Shown here: one piece after another, positions 21,143 to 31,695 of the stretch
How positions within the stretch are numbered: the first letter of the stretch is position 1
How the letters are laid out: every line of letters begins with the position of its first letter
Sequence record: DRR378314_916
DNA: 41,025 nucleotides
Direction: 5' to 3' (one strand)
Program-made: the position numbers and the translations under genes
Notes under the pieces: generated by a model
The model's input: only the letters and a program-made list of their open reading frames with translations
Told to the model about the DNA's origin: nothing
The model's database searches: none

Positions 21143-22286
21143 ACCGGCCCCTTGTGCGCGTACCTTGTCCGCGCACAAGTGCCAGCGCAAGGCCCAGTGT
21201 CAATCCCGTCCCGATCATGGACGAGCCGCCATAGGACACAAAAGGCAGTGTCATGCCCTTTGGCGGTATCAGAGCCAGATTTACCGCGATGTTTATGGCA
21301 GCCTGAAGGCCAAATAGCGTGAAGAGTCCGGCACTTGCCGCCCGTGCATACCCATCGTGCAGACGAGAGCTGGCGCGGAAGCCTCTCAGGATCAGCAACA
21401 CGAAAATGGCCATCAGCACGAGTGCAGCCACAAGACCGAATTCCTCGACCATGACCGCGAAGATGAAATCCGTGTGCGCGTCCGGCAGATGGATCTTCAC
21501 CTGGCCTTCCCCCGGACCGACGCCAAACAGGCCACCCCGGCCAATTGCCTCTGCAGCCCGGTCGATCTGGTAGGTGTCTGCGGAGCTGGGATCAATGAAA
21601 CTGTTCACCCGATACCGCACATGCGGCAGCAAGGCGTAAAGGGATGTCGCAAGCCCCAAGCCACCGACGGCGAACCCGGCCGCCCATTTCCACGGAAGCC
21701 CGCTGACGAAGAAAGTCACCACGAAGGCCGCCGTCAAAAGGGCCGACTGGCCGACATCCGGCTGCAACAGCAAGAGCCCGAGCGTGACCGCATAGAACAG
21801 GAAAGCCGTTACCGCCCAGGGACCATCCGGGTACTGTTCACGTTGCGCCAATAGCCAGCCACCCAGAACGATCAGGGCCGGCTTCACCAACTCGCTCGGC
21901 TGGAGCGAAAAGCCGGCAATGCGCAGCCAGCGCTGCGCGCCTTTGGCTTCATGGCCGTAGAGCAGGATGAAGAACATCAAGGCGAGACTGGCGACGAATA
22001 CGAATGTGGCAAACCGCCGGGCCCAGGCGCGGTCCAGCATACTGACCGCAACCATGATGATCGCGCCCAGCCCGACAAAACAGACCTGCCTCAGAACAAA
22101 GAAATAGGGATCGTCATAGCCAATGCGCGTCGCCGCCGATGGCCCGGCCGCGAGCGACAGGAGCAGGCCAATTGCCATAAGAAAGAATGCGCCGCCGAGC
22201 AGGCCCCAATCGAGCGTCCGCCGCCACTCGGTCAGCCAGGACATATCCGAGCGTGCGAGCAGTGGGGTGGACGATACGTAGGTCAA
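21135..22286 (-). CDS. ftsW: Peptidoglycan polymerase FtsW
   Basis: [34 protein letters not shown]; dcw position. Confidence 0.96.
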   Translation of the reverse strand: MTYVSSTPLLARSDMSWLTEWRRTLDWGLLGGAFFLMAIGLLLSLAAGPSAATRIGYDDPYFFVLRQVCFVGLGAIIMVAVSMLDRAWARRFATFVFVASLALMFFILLYGHEAKGAQRWLRIAGFSLQPSELVKPALIVLGGWLLAQREQYPDGPWAVTAFLFYAVTLGLLLLQPDVGQSALLTAAFVVTFFVSGLPWKWAAGFAVGGLGLATSLYALLPHVRYRVNSFIDPSSADTYQIDRAAEAIGRGGLFGVGPGEGQVKIHLPDAHTDFIFAVMVEEFGLVAALVLMAIFVLLILRGFRASSRLHDGYARAASAGLFTLFGLQAAINIAVNLALIPPKGMTLPFVSYGGSSMIGTGLTLGLALALVRGQGTRTRGRYG

Positions 22287-23698
22287 GCCAACTCCTTTAT
22301 CTCCTGCGGCATCATGGACTGAACGATGCTCCGGAACACATCTCCGCGATGTTCAAAATCGCGGAACTGGTCGAAACTCGCACAGGCAGGTGAAAGAAGA
22401 ATGACCGGATTTTCGTCTCCGACCGCTTTTGCATCCTTAAATGCAGCCGCGACTGCTTTTTCGAGCGAGCCACAGGACTGAACAGCAACCTGCCCTCTCA
22501 GCGTGGCAGAGAATGGCTCCTCGGCCTCACCGATCAGATAGGCTTTCGTAATGTTCGGGAACAAGGGCGCGAGCGGCTTGATACCTTCGGCCTTGGGCAC
22601 GCCGCCAGCGATCCAGTAGGCGTTCTTGTAGGCCTTCAGCGCCTGCTCGGCTGCCTCGGCATTGGTTGCCTTGGAGTCGTTGACGAATTTCACGCCATCG
22701 ATCTCGCCGACCATTTCCAGACGATGCGCAAGACCAGGGAAGGTGCGCAGGCCGTCCATGATCGCCTGCTGGTCCAGGCCAAGCGACCGGCAAGCCGCAT
22801 AGGCCGCCGCAGCGTTCTGATGGTTGTGGCGTCCGGGCAGGGCCATGCAGTCGCGCAGATTGCCAATGTACTGGGCCTGCCCGTTGCAACTATCGTAAAG
22901 CCGTCCGTCCACGGCGCTGACGCCTCGGCCAAGCGCATAGGTGGACGAGGCCTGCAAGACCCGCGCCGGGCCATTTGCCGACAGGCCGATGGCGATGGAC
23001 TGGGTAATCACATCGTCAAACCCGATGACAGCGACATCGCGCTCTGTCTGGTTCTGGAAAATGCGCATCTTCGCAGCCTGGTAGCCTTCCATGCCGCCAT
23101 GACGATCCAGATGGTCCGGTGTGATGTTCATCAGGACGGCCACGTCGCAATGCAGGCTCTTCACCAGATCCAGCTGGTAAGACGACAGCTCCAGCACATA
23201 GACCGCATTGGCATGCAGGGGCGCCAGGTCCAGGACGCCGGTGCCGATGTTTCCGCCGATGCGCACATCCCGGCCTGCCTGCTTCAGGATATGTCCAATC
23301 AGCGCCGTCGTGGTCGATTTGCCATTCGTGCCGGTGATGCCGACAATCTTCGGGCGCCCGCGTTCCGGCAATGCCTGCACGGCGCGGGCGAACAATTCCA
23401 TGTCACCGACAATTGGCACATTGGTCATTTCCGCCATGCGCACGATGCGGTGTGGTTGAGGAAATTTGTAGGGCACGCCCGGCGACAGCACGAGCGCCGC
23501 GAAGGTCTGCCAGTCGCGTTTGTTGATGTCCGACAAGGTCAGGCCGGCGGCCTCTGCCTTGGCGCGGGTCTCTTCATTATCATCCCAGGCATGAACACGC
23601 GCGCCGCCAGCCTTCAGGGCCTTGGCAGCCGAGAGGCCTGTCCGGCCAAGGCCGAACACTGCAACATCTCTTCCCGCATATTCAGTAATCGGAATCAT
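22283..23698 (-). CDS. murD: UDP-MurNAc-L-Ala--D-glutamate ligase
   Basis: ITGTNGKSTT, ELSSYQL, DHLDRH, NDSKATN, SPACASFDQF. Confidence 0.97.
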   Translation of the reverse strand: MIPITEYAGRDVAVFGLGRTGLSAAKALKAGGARVHAWDDNEETRAKAEAAGLTLSDINKRDWQTFAALVLSPGVPYKFPQPHRIVRMAEMTNVPIVGDMELFARAVQALPERGRPKIVGITGTNGKSTTTALIGHILKQAGRDVRIGGNIGTGVLDLAPLHANAVYVLELSSYQLDLVKSLHCDVAVLMNITPDHLDRHGGMEGYQAAKMRIFQNQTERDVAVIGFDDVITQSIAIGLSANGPARVLQASSTYALGRGVSAVDGRLYDSCNGQAQYIGNLRDCMALPGRHNHQNAAAAYAACRSLGLDQQAIMDGLRTFPGLAHRLEMVGEIDGVKFVNDSKATNAEAAEQALKAYKNAYWIAGGVPKAEGIKPLAPLFPNITKAYLIGEAEEPFSATLRGQVAVQSCGSLEKAVAAAFKDAKAVGDENPVILLSPACASFDQFRDFEHRGDVFRSIVQSMMPQEIKELA

Positions 23699-23708
23699 AA
23701 GTCTCCAC

Positions 23709-24902
23709 TTACCTCAGCTTCAGGGTTGCGAGGCCCGCGAGGGCGAACAGGACGGACAGGATCCAGAACCGGGCGACGACGCGCGTCTCTGGCCAGTTCT
23801 TTTTCTGAAAGTGGTGGTGCAGCGGCGCCATCAGGAAGATGCGCTTGCCTTCGCCGGTCAGTTTCCGTGTAATCTTGAACCAGCCGACCTGCATCATCAC
23901 CGACAAGGCTTCGAGCACGAACAGGCCACCGATGATAACCAGCGCAAACTCATGCTTGGCTGCAACCGCCACGACGCCCAGCATGCCGCCGAGGCCCAGC
24001 GAGCCGGTATCGCCCATGAAGACCTTGGCCGGGTAGGCATTGTACCAGAGAAAGCCCATGCCCGCGCCAATCATGGCGCCAAGCAGAACGGCCAGCTCTC
24101 CCGTGCCGGGCGTGAACTGGATGCCGAGATAATCAGCGAACACGAAGTTACCCGTCAGGTAGGCGATCAGCGCATAGGAGGCGGCGGCAAAGCTCATCGG
24201 CACGATGGCCAGCCCGTCGAGCCCATCGGTGAAGTTCACGGCGTTCGCACTGCCAACCACAACGATCATTCCAAACAGGATAAAGAAGGCGCCAAGCGGG
24301 AAGAAATAGTCATTCACAAAGGGCACGGCCACGCCGCCTGCAAAGGCCGGGTCAGCAGGCTCAACGCTCGTCTTTGGCGCGAGGCTGGCGATGGTCTTTG
24401 CCAGATCGTTGAGTGGCCCCCATTCGGCATGGCCCGCCGGTGTGTGTGCGCCGTGCAGGCCCATGATGAAGGCACAGGCCAGCGCCGCAATGCCGAAGCC
24501 GACCAGCAGGCGCAGCTTGGCCGAGACGCCCGCATCGGTCTGTTTGGAAACTTTGGCGAAATCGTCGAGGAAGCCGAGAAAGGCATAGGACAGGGTCACG
24601 AACAGGGTGACCCAGATGTACGGATTTTTCAGATTGCCCCAGAGCAATACGCCAATGACCAGGCCGAACCAGATCAGGAAGCCGCCCATGGTTGGTGTGC
24701 CCTGCTTCGAGAGCTGGGCTTCCAATGACAGGTCGCGGATCGGCTGCCCCTTACCCTGCCGGGCACGGAGGAAGTTGATCATCGCGTCGCCGAACATCAC
24801 CGTCACAAGGAACGCCGTCACCACGGCGGCTCCCGAGCGGAAGGTGATATAGTTCAGAACATTGAATATACCGCTGTCTGCGGCCAGCCACTCATACAGC
24901 AT
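23709..24902 (-). CDS. mraY: Phospho-MurNAc-pentapeptide transferase
   Basis: [41 protein letters not shown] overlaps the murF stop (TGATG). Confidence 0.97.
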   Translation of the reverse strand: MLYEWLAADSGIFNVLNYITFRSGAAVVTAFLVTVMFGDAMINFLRARQGKGQPIRDLSLEAQLSKQGTPTMGGFLIWFGLVIGVLLWGNLKNPYIWVTLFVTLSYAFLGFLDDFAKVSKQTDAGVSAKLRLLVGFGIAALACAFIMGLHGAHTPAGHAEWGPLNDLAKTIASLAPKTSVEPADPAFAGGVAVPFVNDYFFPLGAFFILFGMIVVVGSANAVNFTDGLDGLAIVPMSFAAASYALIAYLTGNFVFADYLGIQFTPGTGELAVLLGAMIGAGMGFLWYNAYPAKVFMGDTGSLGLGGMLGVVAVAAKHEFALVIIGGLFVLEALSVMMQVGWFKITRKLTGEGKRIFLMAPLHHHFQKKNWPETRVVARFWILSVLFALAGLATLKLR

Positions 24903-26335
24903 CACCCAACCTTCGCGGTGCCTTCTGCCCCGCCTTCCATCTTACCCGTTGCCGACTCGCTCCATTGGCGAAGTCGATCAGCTAGTTTCGCCATCCCGGA
25001 CGCATTCGAGCCCTTGATCAAGAGCACATCTCCATCTCGGAGTGCATTTTGCAGAGGATTCCACAGCTCTTCCCAATTGCGTGCCCAGATCGGCTCGAAC
25101 TGGGGCGGAAGTGAGTCCGCCAGATGAGTCATTTTGTCGCCTGACAGGAATATGGCAGCTGGCCCGGTATCTGCCACCGGATCAGCCAGGCCTGCATGCT
25201 CCGCATCCGATGTATCGCCGATTTCCAGCATCTCGCCGAGCGCAATCAGGCGTCGTCCGCCACTGCGCCGCTGGAGGGCTGACAGCGACGCGCGCATGCT
25301 GGCCGGGTTGGCATTATAGGCATCGTCGATCAGCGTGATCGCACCGCCATGTGGTAGGGTAATCTGTTCGGCCGTGCCGCGCCCCGGGGGCGGCGTGTAC
25401 CCTGTCAGCGCCTCTGCGCAATCCTCGACAGCAAGCCCGGACTGGCTGGCCGCCAGCACGGCTGCCGCCGCGTTCATCGCCCAATGCTCGCCGACAGCGT
25501 TGATGGTGACCAGAACCGGCTTGCCGACGATGTCCAACTGGATGCGGCTTTCATTGCCATCGGTCTCATAGCCGACGACGCGAGCCGTCGCCTCGGCGCT
25601 GCGGCCAAAGCTTTCGAGATTTCCGGTTGGGCAAAAGCGCCGCGCGCGCCCGGCCAGATACTCAAAAAATTCGTCATCCGCGGGCAGGATAAACGTGCCG
25701 CCCGCTTCCAGCCCGCTGAAAATGTCGGCTTTCTCATGCGCCACGGCGCTGAGTGAACCAAGCCCCTCAAGATGCGCCCCGGCGATGCAGGTAACGATGC
25801 CGGTATGCGGACGAACCATCTGGCTACGCGGCGCAATCTCACCCGGCGTCGACATGCCAATCTCGAAGACAGCGCGGGTGGTTTCTTCCGGCATGCGCGC
25901 CAGCGTCAGTGGCACGCCCCAGTGATTGTTGAAACTTTTGACATTCCAGTGCGCCGGGCCGAAGGCGCGATAGATCTGCGCCAACATTTCCTTGACGCTG
26001 GTCTTGCCAGCCGAGCCCGTTACCGCCGTGCGATGGGCGCCGCAGCGTACCCGCGCGGCCACGCCCATCTGCTCCAGCGCAGCAAGCACATCTTCGACCA
26101 CGACTTGCGGCCCCAAACCGACCCGGCGCGAAACAAGCGCGCCCGCCGCCCCGGCGGCAAACGCCGCTTCAACGAAGTCATGGCCATCGCGCTGGTCCGT
26201 CAGGGCAACGAACAAATCGCCCGGCTTCAGGCTGCGCGTGTCGATCGACACAGAACCGGTCACCGCGAAGGGATCTGTCGCAGCGCCGCCCGTCACGAGC
26301 GCAATGTCTGAAGATGTCCAGAGCGGCGCACTCAT
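24902..26335 (-). CDS. murF: UDP-MurNAc-tripeptide--D-Ala-D-Ala ligase
   Basis: [35 protein letters not shown]. Confidence 0.96.
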   Translation of the reverse strand: MSAPLWTSSDIALVTGGAATDPFAVTGSVSIDTRSLKPGDLFVALTDQRDGHDFVEAAFAAGAAGALVSRRVGLGPQVVVEDVLAALEQMGVAARVRCGAHRTAVTGSAGKTSVKEMLAQIYRAFGPAHWNVKSFNNHWGVPLTLARMPEETTRAVFEIGMSTPGEIAPRSQMVRPHTGIVTCIAGAHLEGLGSLSAVAHEKADIFSGLEAGGTFILPADDEFFEYLAGRARRFCPTGNLESFGRSAEATARVVGYETDGNESRIQLDIVGKPVLVTINAVGEHWAMNAAAAVLAASQSGLAVEDCAEALTGYTPPPGRGTAEQITLPHGGAITLIDDAYNANPASMRASLSALQRRSGGRRLIALGEMLEIGDTSDAEHAGLADPVADTGPAAIFLSGDKMTHLADSLPPQFEPIWARNWEELWNPLQNALRDGDVLLIKGSNASGMAKLADRLRQWSESATGKMEGGAEGTAKVG

Positions 26336-27771
26336 CCGGCAACTCCCTTCAGGGCGTAGAGCGCCGTTTCCTGATCAGAGAACGGGATCACGTCTGCGCC
26401 GATGATCTGGCCGGTTTCGTGCCCTTTGCCAGCGATGACAAGCGTGTCGCCTTTTTGCAGTTCTGCGATCACCGTGCGGATCGCTTCGCCGCGATCACCA
26501 ATCTCGCGCGCGTCCGGCGCGGCTTCGAGAATGGCATGCCGGATCTGGTCCGGGTCTTCGGAGCGGGGATTGTCATCCGTGACGATCACATCATCGGCCT
26601 GGCGCGCGGCGATCTCGCCCATGAGCGGACGTTTCTTCGCATCCCGGTCCCCGCCGCAGCCGAAAATCACTTTCAGGCGCCCGGCCGTGTGCGGACGAAC
26701 AGCCCGCAGCAATACGTCAAGCCCATCCGGCGTGTGAGCATAATCCACGAACACGCCCGCGCCTGCCTCGGTCTTGCCGACGAGTTCCAACCGGCCTTTT
26801 ACGGGCTTAAGTTTCATCAGCCCGTCGACCACTTGCTCCGGCTCCATGCCGAGCGAGAGGCAGATTGCCGCCGCCGCGAGCGCGTTGAGCGCCTGGAATT
26901 CTCCAATTAGGGGCAGCTCAAATGGCTTCCATTCCACATCGCGCCAGAACAGGTTCAACACCTGTCCGGTTGCGCGCGGCATGATCTCGTCAATCCAGAG
27001 GTCTTCCCCGCGCCAGCCAAACGACACGACCTGAAGGCCATGATCTGTCGCGGCCTTTTCGAACACGTCACGATGGTCGCTGTCTGCATTGACAATGGCC
27101 GGCATACCCTGACCGCCAAAATCACGGAACAGGCGCAGCTTCGCGTCGAGATATTCCTCCATCGTCGCATGATAATCGAGGTGGTCCTGCGTGAAGTTCA
27201 GGAACGCCACTGCCGACAAGTCCACACCATCCAGGCGGTGCTGTTCCAGGCCGTGACTGGAGGCCTCCATCGCGCAATGGCTTACCCCCTGCCCGACCAG
27301 TTCGTGCAAGGTCTCGTGAATGGTCACCGGGTCTGGTGTTGTGTGGCCAACATCAATCTTGCCCTTCGGGCCGATGGCCCCGAGCGTGCCCATCGAGGCA
27401 GCAGACAGCCCAGCATTGGCCCAGATCTGGCGACAAAAATCGACCGTGGACGACTTTCCATTCGTTCCCGTCACGGCGGCAATCGTCTTCGGCTGCGCGG
27501 CATGAAACCGTTTCGCCGCCAGCGCCAGCGCCCGACGTGGTTCGTCTGCAATAACGTGCGCTGCGCCCGTAACATCCACACCGCCCTCGGACAGGACTGC
27601 CACGGCGCCTTTTTCGATAGCTTGCGGGATGTAGTCCCGCCCATCCGACACAGTGCCCTTCAGCGCAGCAAACAGATAGCCCGGCGCGACACGGCGGCTG
27701 TCTGCCGTCATGCCTTTGATCTCGATATCGCCCTGCTCGATGAGCGGGAACAGGTCTTTCAAACTGGTCAC
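26332..27771 (-). CDS. murE: UDP-MurNAc-L-Ala-D-Glu--meso-DAP ligase
   Basis: VTGTNGKSS, EASSHG, DYAHTPD, GCGGDRD, DNPR (DAP-specific), AGKGHE. Confidence 0.97.
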   Translation of the reverse strand: MTSLKDLFPLIEQGDIEIKGMTADSRRVAPGYLFAALKGTVSDGRDYIPQAIEKGAVAVLSEGGVDVTGAAHVIADEPRRALALAAKRFHAAQPKTIAAVTGTNGKSSTVDFCRQIWANAGLSAASMGTLGAIGPKGKIDVGHTTPDPVTIHETLHELVGQGVSHCAMEASSHGLEQHRLDGVDLSAVAFLNFTQDHLDYHATMEEYLDAKLRLFRDFGGQGMPAIVNADSDHRDVFEKAATDHGLQVVSFGWRGEDLWIDEIMPRATGQVLNLFWRDVEWKPFELPLIGEFQALNALAAAAICLSLGMEPEQVVDGLMKLKPVKGRLELVGKTEAGAGVFVDYAHTPDGLDVLLRAVRPHTAGRLKVIFGCGGDRDAKKRPLMGEIAARQADDVIVTDDNPRSEDPDQIRHAILEAAPDAREIGDRGEAIRTVIAELQKGDTLVIAGKGHETGQIIGADVIPFSDQETALYALKGVAG

Positions 27772-29399
27772 AAGGAACTCCTCTTCTCCTCGCCGGAGCG
27801 GAGGGCTGCGCCAGCCGGGCGGATATCCTCGAAGCGTGGGGCCAGCCCAAGAAGCGGAGCCACGCGCTCGATCATCCGTCCCGCTGCCGGAGCCGCATTG
27901 AACGCCGCCGTCGCGCCGATCTCCGATCCGGCCTTCGGATCATCCAGAGTGACGATCAGGGCATATTGGGGGCGATCATAGGGAAAGACTGCCGCAAAGC
28001 TCGTGACATTGCGGTCATCATAATATCCGCCATCAACCGGCTTCTCTGCGGTGCCGGTCTTTCCGGCGACGCGATAGCCGGCCACTTCGGCATTCTTGCC
28101 AGTGCCGGTGACCACCGCTTCGCGCATCATCACATTCACAATTTCTGCGGTCAGGGCGGACATGACCCGCACAGGCTCAGGCCGTTCGCGCGTGGCGTCC
28201 ATGATCAGGGTCGGCTGAACCCGCTCTCCACCATTTGCAAAGGATGAGAAGGCCGCAAGGAACGCCATGGGCGATACGGCAATGCCGTGCCCATAGGACA
28301 CGGTTGCAGAATAGAGATCATCGAAGCGTTCCGGCAGGATGGGCGCCGAGCTGCCGGATAGTTCGATGGCTGCCCGTTCCATCAGGCCAGCACGGCGTAG
28401 GAAATCCTGCTGGCGGCGCAGACCGAGCTTCTCATTGATCCGCACCGTGCCGATGTTTGAACTCTTGGAAATAATGTGCGTGACATCCGCATCGCCATAG
28501 AGCGGGTGGTCATCCTCGATCTTGTAGCCGCGAATTTCGAGCGGCTTGCGTACGTCAAACATCTCCTTGGGATGGATCACGCCCGCTTCGAGCGCGGCGG
28601 CGACGGTAAACGGCTTGAAGATCGAGCCCAGTTCATAGACGGCGCCCGTTGCCCGGTTCAGGCGGGAGGGGTCCGTCATGGAGATGTCGATGGATCGGTT
28701 CGGATCAAAGGGCGGCCAGCTGGCCATCGCGCGGATTTCTCCGGTCTGCGCATCCATCAGGATCGCCGCGCCGCCTTCGGCCTCATGTTCTACGGCAGAT
28801 ATTGCCAGTTCCGCTTCCACCGCGGCCTGCACACCATTGTCGATGGTCAGGCGTACCGGCTCACCACCGGCGGCAAGGCGTTCATTCTGGCTGTATTCGA
28901 TGCCGCCTGCGCCGACGCCATCGATGTTCGTATAGCCGAGCACCTGACCGGCCAGCGTGCCGCGCGGATAGGCCCGGCGGCTTTCCTCTTCGAAGCGAAG
29001 GCCCTCAAGGCCCAGATCGAAAACGGCCTGGCGGCGGCGCGGCGTCAGGCCGCGCTCAACCCAGACAAACTCCCGGCTTTGATCGGACAGTCGGCGAGTC
29101 ATGTCCTCGACATCCAGGTCCGGCAACACGGTCGCCAGCGCCTCAGCGACTTCAGCCCCGTCCCAGATCAGTTTCGGATTGGCGACCAGCGAATAGGCGC
29201 TGACAGATGTCGCCAGCAGCTCACCATTTCGGTCCACTATATCCGCGCGCACCACACGCTCGGATTTCAGGCCTTCGCCGCGCGCAGGGGCCTTCTCGCC
29301 CGCAAGCGAGAGATAGCCGGCCTTTCCAGCCAGAACGACAAACAGCGCGCCGATCGCGAGACCAGCCAGCCGTGTCCGGTTCCGGGAGGCTTCGCTCAC
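27768..29399 (-). CDS. ftsI: Cell division transpeptidase FtsI (PBP3)
   Basis: RADIVDRNG, SxxK (GSIFK), SxN (SSN), KTG; dcw position. Confidence 0.95.
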   Translation of the reverse strand: MSEASRNRTRLAGLAIGALFVVLAGKAGYLSLAGEKAPARGEGLKSERVVRADIVDRNGELLATSVSAYSLVANPKLIWDGAEVAEALATVLPDLDVEDMTRRLSDQSREFVWVERGLTPRRRQAVFDLGLEGLRFEEESRRAYPRGTLAGQVLGYTNIDGVGAGGIEYSQNERLAAGGEPVRLTIDNGVQAAVEAELAISAVEHEAEGGAAILMDAQTGEIRAMASWPPFDPNRSIDISMTDPSRLNRATGAVYELGSIFKPFTVAAALEAGVIHPKEMFDVRKPLEIRGYKIEDDHPLYGDADVTHIISKSSNIGTVRINEKLGLRRQQDFLRRAGLMERAAIELSGSSAPILPERFDDLYSATVSYGHGIAVSPMAFLAAFSSFANGGERVQPTLIMDATRERPEPVRVMSALTAEIVNVMMREAVVTGTGKNAEVAGYRVAGKTGTAEKPVDGGYYDDRNVTSFAAVFPYDRPQYALIVTLDDPKAGSEIGATAAFNAAPAAGRMIERVAPLLGLAPRFEDIRPAGAALRSGEEKRSSL

Positions 29400-29737
29400 T
29401 CGGGCGCCTCCCCGTCCAGATCGGTTTCAGGGGTCTTTACAGCCAGGCTGTTCGGCTCGCCCACCAGCGCGTCGAGATCGCCCTCAGAGGCCATCTGCTC
29501 CGGCTTCGGCGGAGCCATGCCCAGCTCGGTGCGGGCGTATTCTTCAATCCATTCGCGACGGCTCATATGAGACAGCTCCGTCTCAAGCAGCGCCTTTTCG
29601 GATTCTGCGGCTTCGATCTGGGCTTCAATGGCCATCAATTCAGCGGCGGTATCCTTCGCGCCGTATTTTGCCCGATAGAGGCTGACAATCAGCAGGCCGA
29701 TCACGACCAGTCCAAACAGGAATGCGCGGCGACTCAT
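29396..29737 (-). CDS. ftsL: Cell division protein FtsL
   Basis: Single TM followed by coiled coil (LETELSHMSR...ARTELGM); between rsmH and ftsI. Confidence 0.85.
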   Translation of the reverse strand: MSRRAFLFGLVVIGLLIVSLYRAKYGAKDTAAELMAIEAQIEAAESEKALLETELSHMSRREWIEEYARTELGMAPPKPEQMASEGDLDALVGEPNSLAVKTPETDLDGEAPE

Positions 29738-30762
29738 AGGGCGTCCTCCAGATCCGAGATGGGCGGCAAATTCATGCCGTCGCTGGCTTCATCCTCAATG
29801 GCAGGCGCGCTGGTCCGGATCGCGGCCCGCAACTTGGCAGACCGTGCGCGCGGATTGCCTTCAACTTCGTTAGCACCGGGCAGGATCGCCTTTGAAACCG
29901 GGAGGTCGAAGGTCGCCCCCGGCCCCTGCTCAGCAACCGGCATGTGACGCGACCCGCCGCCCGCCTTGCCGGCACGGTTCTTCAGCCATTGCTTGACGAG
30001 GCGGTCTTCCAGCGAATGGAAGGTGACGATCACCAGCCGCCCACCGGGGCGCAGAATCCGCTCTGCAGCGTGCAGCGCACGGGCCAGCTCGCCCAGCTCG
30101 TCATTCACATACATGCGGATCGCCTGGAAGGTCAGCGTCGCCGGGTGGATGCGCGCGCCCTTGCGCCCGCCCACAGCGGTCTCGACCGTTTCAGCCAGTT
30201 GCGTTGTTGTCTCGAATGGCGCGTCGGTGCGGCGCGCAACAATGGCCCGCGCAATGCGGCGGGACTGCTTTTCCTCGCCCAGACGGAAAATGATGTTGGC
30301 GAGATCCCGCTCAGCCATCTGATTGACCACTTCCGCGGCGCTCGGGCCGATTGCCCCCATGCGCATATCCAGCGGACCATGTTTCATGAAGGAAAAGCCG
30401 CGCTCAGCCTGGTCGATCTGGAAACTGGACACGCCAATGTCCAGCACCACGCCGTCGACAGCCTCATGACCTGCCGCCTCGGCCAGTTCATCCATGTCAC
30501 CGAAGCATCCGGGTAGCGGAACGAGTCGTTCCGTTTCCGCCTGAAGCGCCTTGGCCCGGGCAATGGCGTCTTCATCCCGATCAATCGCCAGCAGGGTGCA
30601 ATTCGCGGCGGTCAGGATGGCGCGGCTGTACCCGCCGCCACCGAATGTGCCATCAATGATCACGTCACCATCGCGCGGCGCGAGCCATTCGACCACTTCA
30701 TCCAACATGACCGGCTTATGGCCAGTGTCCGCTGCAGGGAGGGTTGGGGAATCTGACGCCAT
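29734..30762 (-). CDS. rsmH: 16S rRNA m4C1402 methyltransferase
   Basis: HKPVM, DGTFGGGGYS, DIGVSSFQID, PLDMRM, FHSLEDR, NPRARSAKLR. Confidence 0.97.
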   Translation of the reverse strand: MASDSPTLPAADTGHKPVMLDEVVEWLAPRDGDVIIDGTFGGGGYSRAILTAANCTLLAIDRDEDAIARAKALQAETERLVPLPGCFGDMDELAEAAGHEAVDGVVLDIGVSSFQIDQAERGFSFMKHGPLDMRMGAIGPSAAEVVNQMAERDLANIIFRLGEEKQSRRIARAIVARRTDAPFETTTQLAETVETAVGGRKGARIHPATLTFQAIRMYVNDELGELARALHAAERILRPGGRLVIVTFHSLEDRLVKQWLKNRAGKAGGGSRHMPVAEQGPGATFDLPVSKAILPGANEVEGNPRARSAKLRAAIRTSAPAIEDEASDGMNLPPISDLEDAL

Positions 30763-31274
30763 CAGGCCTCTCCCCCATCAACAAGCTTCAATGCTGCGCC
30801 GCCATTGGCTTGCTGCATCAGCACTTCAGAATAGGCCTGGCCCAACGCCTCCAGCGTGTCTTCCTTGGCGGCCTCGGCAGCCATCGCATCGAAGTGCTCG
30901 GCATGGCGCTCCGGATTCCAGATCTGGAAACTGTCCATATTGCCGGCGAACTTCACGCGGCCGTCGAGGCCAGCCGCCTTGATCAGTTCATCTGTCAGCT
31001 TGATCCGGCCGGTGTCATCCATCTTGAGGTCAGCCGATCCGGCGATGATGCGGGTAACCAGGGCCTTGCGTGCAGGGGAGTGGGGCGCAAGGCGCGTCAG
31101 CGTGGCGCGATACATCGCCATCAGAGCTTCACCACCGCCCTCGAGACAGCCCGAACCATCCAGTGCCGACCACAGGAAGATGCGATTTCCGCCACCCAGC
31201 GCCGAGCGAAAGGGTGCGGGTATGGACACCCGTCCTTTAGCATCAATTGCGCTTTCATAGGTGGAAACAAACAC
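30762..31274 (-). CDS. mraZ: dcw cluster transcriptional repressor MraZ
   Basis: IDAKGRVSIP and MDDTGRI duplicated DxxGR motifs, FQIWNP; GTG start. Confidence 0.93.
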   Translation of the reverse strand: MFVSTYESAIDAKGRVSIPAPFRSALGGGNRIFLWSALDGSGCLEGGGEALMAMYRATLTRLAPHSPARKALVTRIIAGSADLKMDDTGRIKLTDELIKAAGLDGRVKFAGNMDSFQIWNPERHAEHFDAMAAEAAKEDTLEALGQAYSEVLMQQANGGAALKLVDGGEA

Positions 31275-31313
31275 CCGCTAACCCTGTCTTGAAATGCCTC
31301 AACCCCACATGGG

Positions 31314-31329
31314 TAAACCATGTATTAAC
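31314..31329. promoter_or_regulatory. CtrA-like binding site upstream of mraZ
   Basis: TAAA-CCATGTA-TTAA-C, one mismatch to TTAA-N7-TTAAC. Confidence 0.55.
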
Positions 31330-31330
31330 G

Positions 31331-31365
31331 TGGAGTATCATGGGACAGTATGGGCCTCAATGGGC
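31331..31365. promoter_or_regulatory. MraZ-binding repeats
   Basis: TGGAG/TGGGA/TGGGC/TGGGC at 31331, 31341, 31351, 31361: exact 10-bp period with 5-nt spacers, matching the known TGGGN MraZ repeats. Confidence 0.75.
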
Positions 31366-31633
31366 GCTGTGGATGAATCGAAGTATCCACACGCCTTAAG
31401 CGCAGGAACAAATAACAAATATTAGAAGAACAAATCAGAACCTGCGGATGGGCCAGTATGGGCTTTGCGAAAATTTCCGTTGTGAATCAGGTTCCTGAAG
31501 CCCCCTGCCCGGTCTGCCAGGCCTGATCACGCCGGATATGTCATTTTTTGATGAATTCCACAGTTCGTTTCGCAAGCGACCCGATATCGGGCAGACCGGC
31601 CTCTTTTCACTGGTGGAATGCTTGCCCTCATTG

Positions 31634-31661
31634 AAAAAGCCCCGAAGCAATGCTTCGAGGC
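31634..31661 (-). terminator. Rho-independent terminator after ahpD
   Basis: Minus strand GCCTCGAAGCA-t-TGCTTCGGGGC-TTTTT. Confidence 0.8.
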
Positions 31662-31695
31662 CTTCAAGTAATCAGCAAAAGCGCCCTCGCTGAGA

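Noticed and set aside
18326-29570. Several 300-380 aa plus-strand ORFs opposite murC, murD, mraY, murE and ftsI
   Set aside because: Typical stop-poor antisense frames of high-GC coding DNA; the opposite strand carries clear conserved genes
31275-31695. Possible RNase P RNA (rnpB) upstream of mraZ
   Set aside because: Conserved GAGGAAAGTCC core not found on either strand
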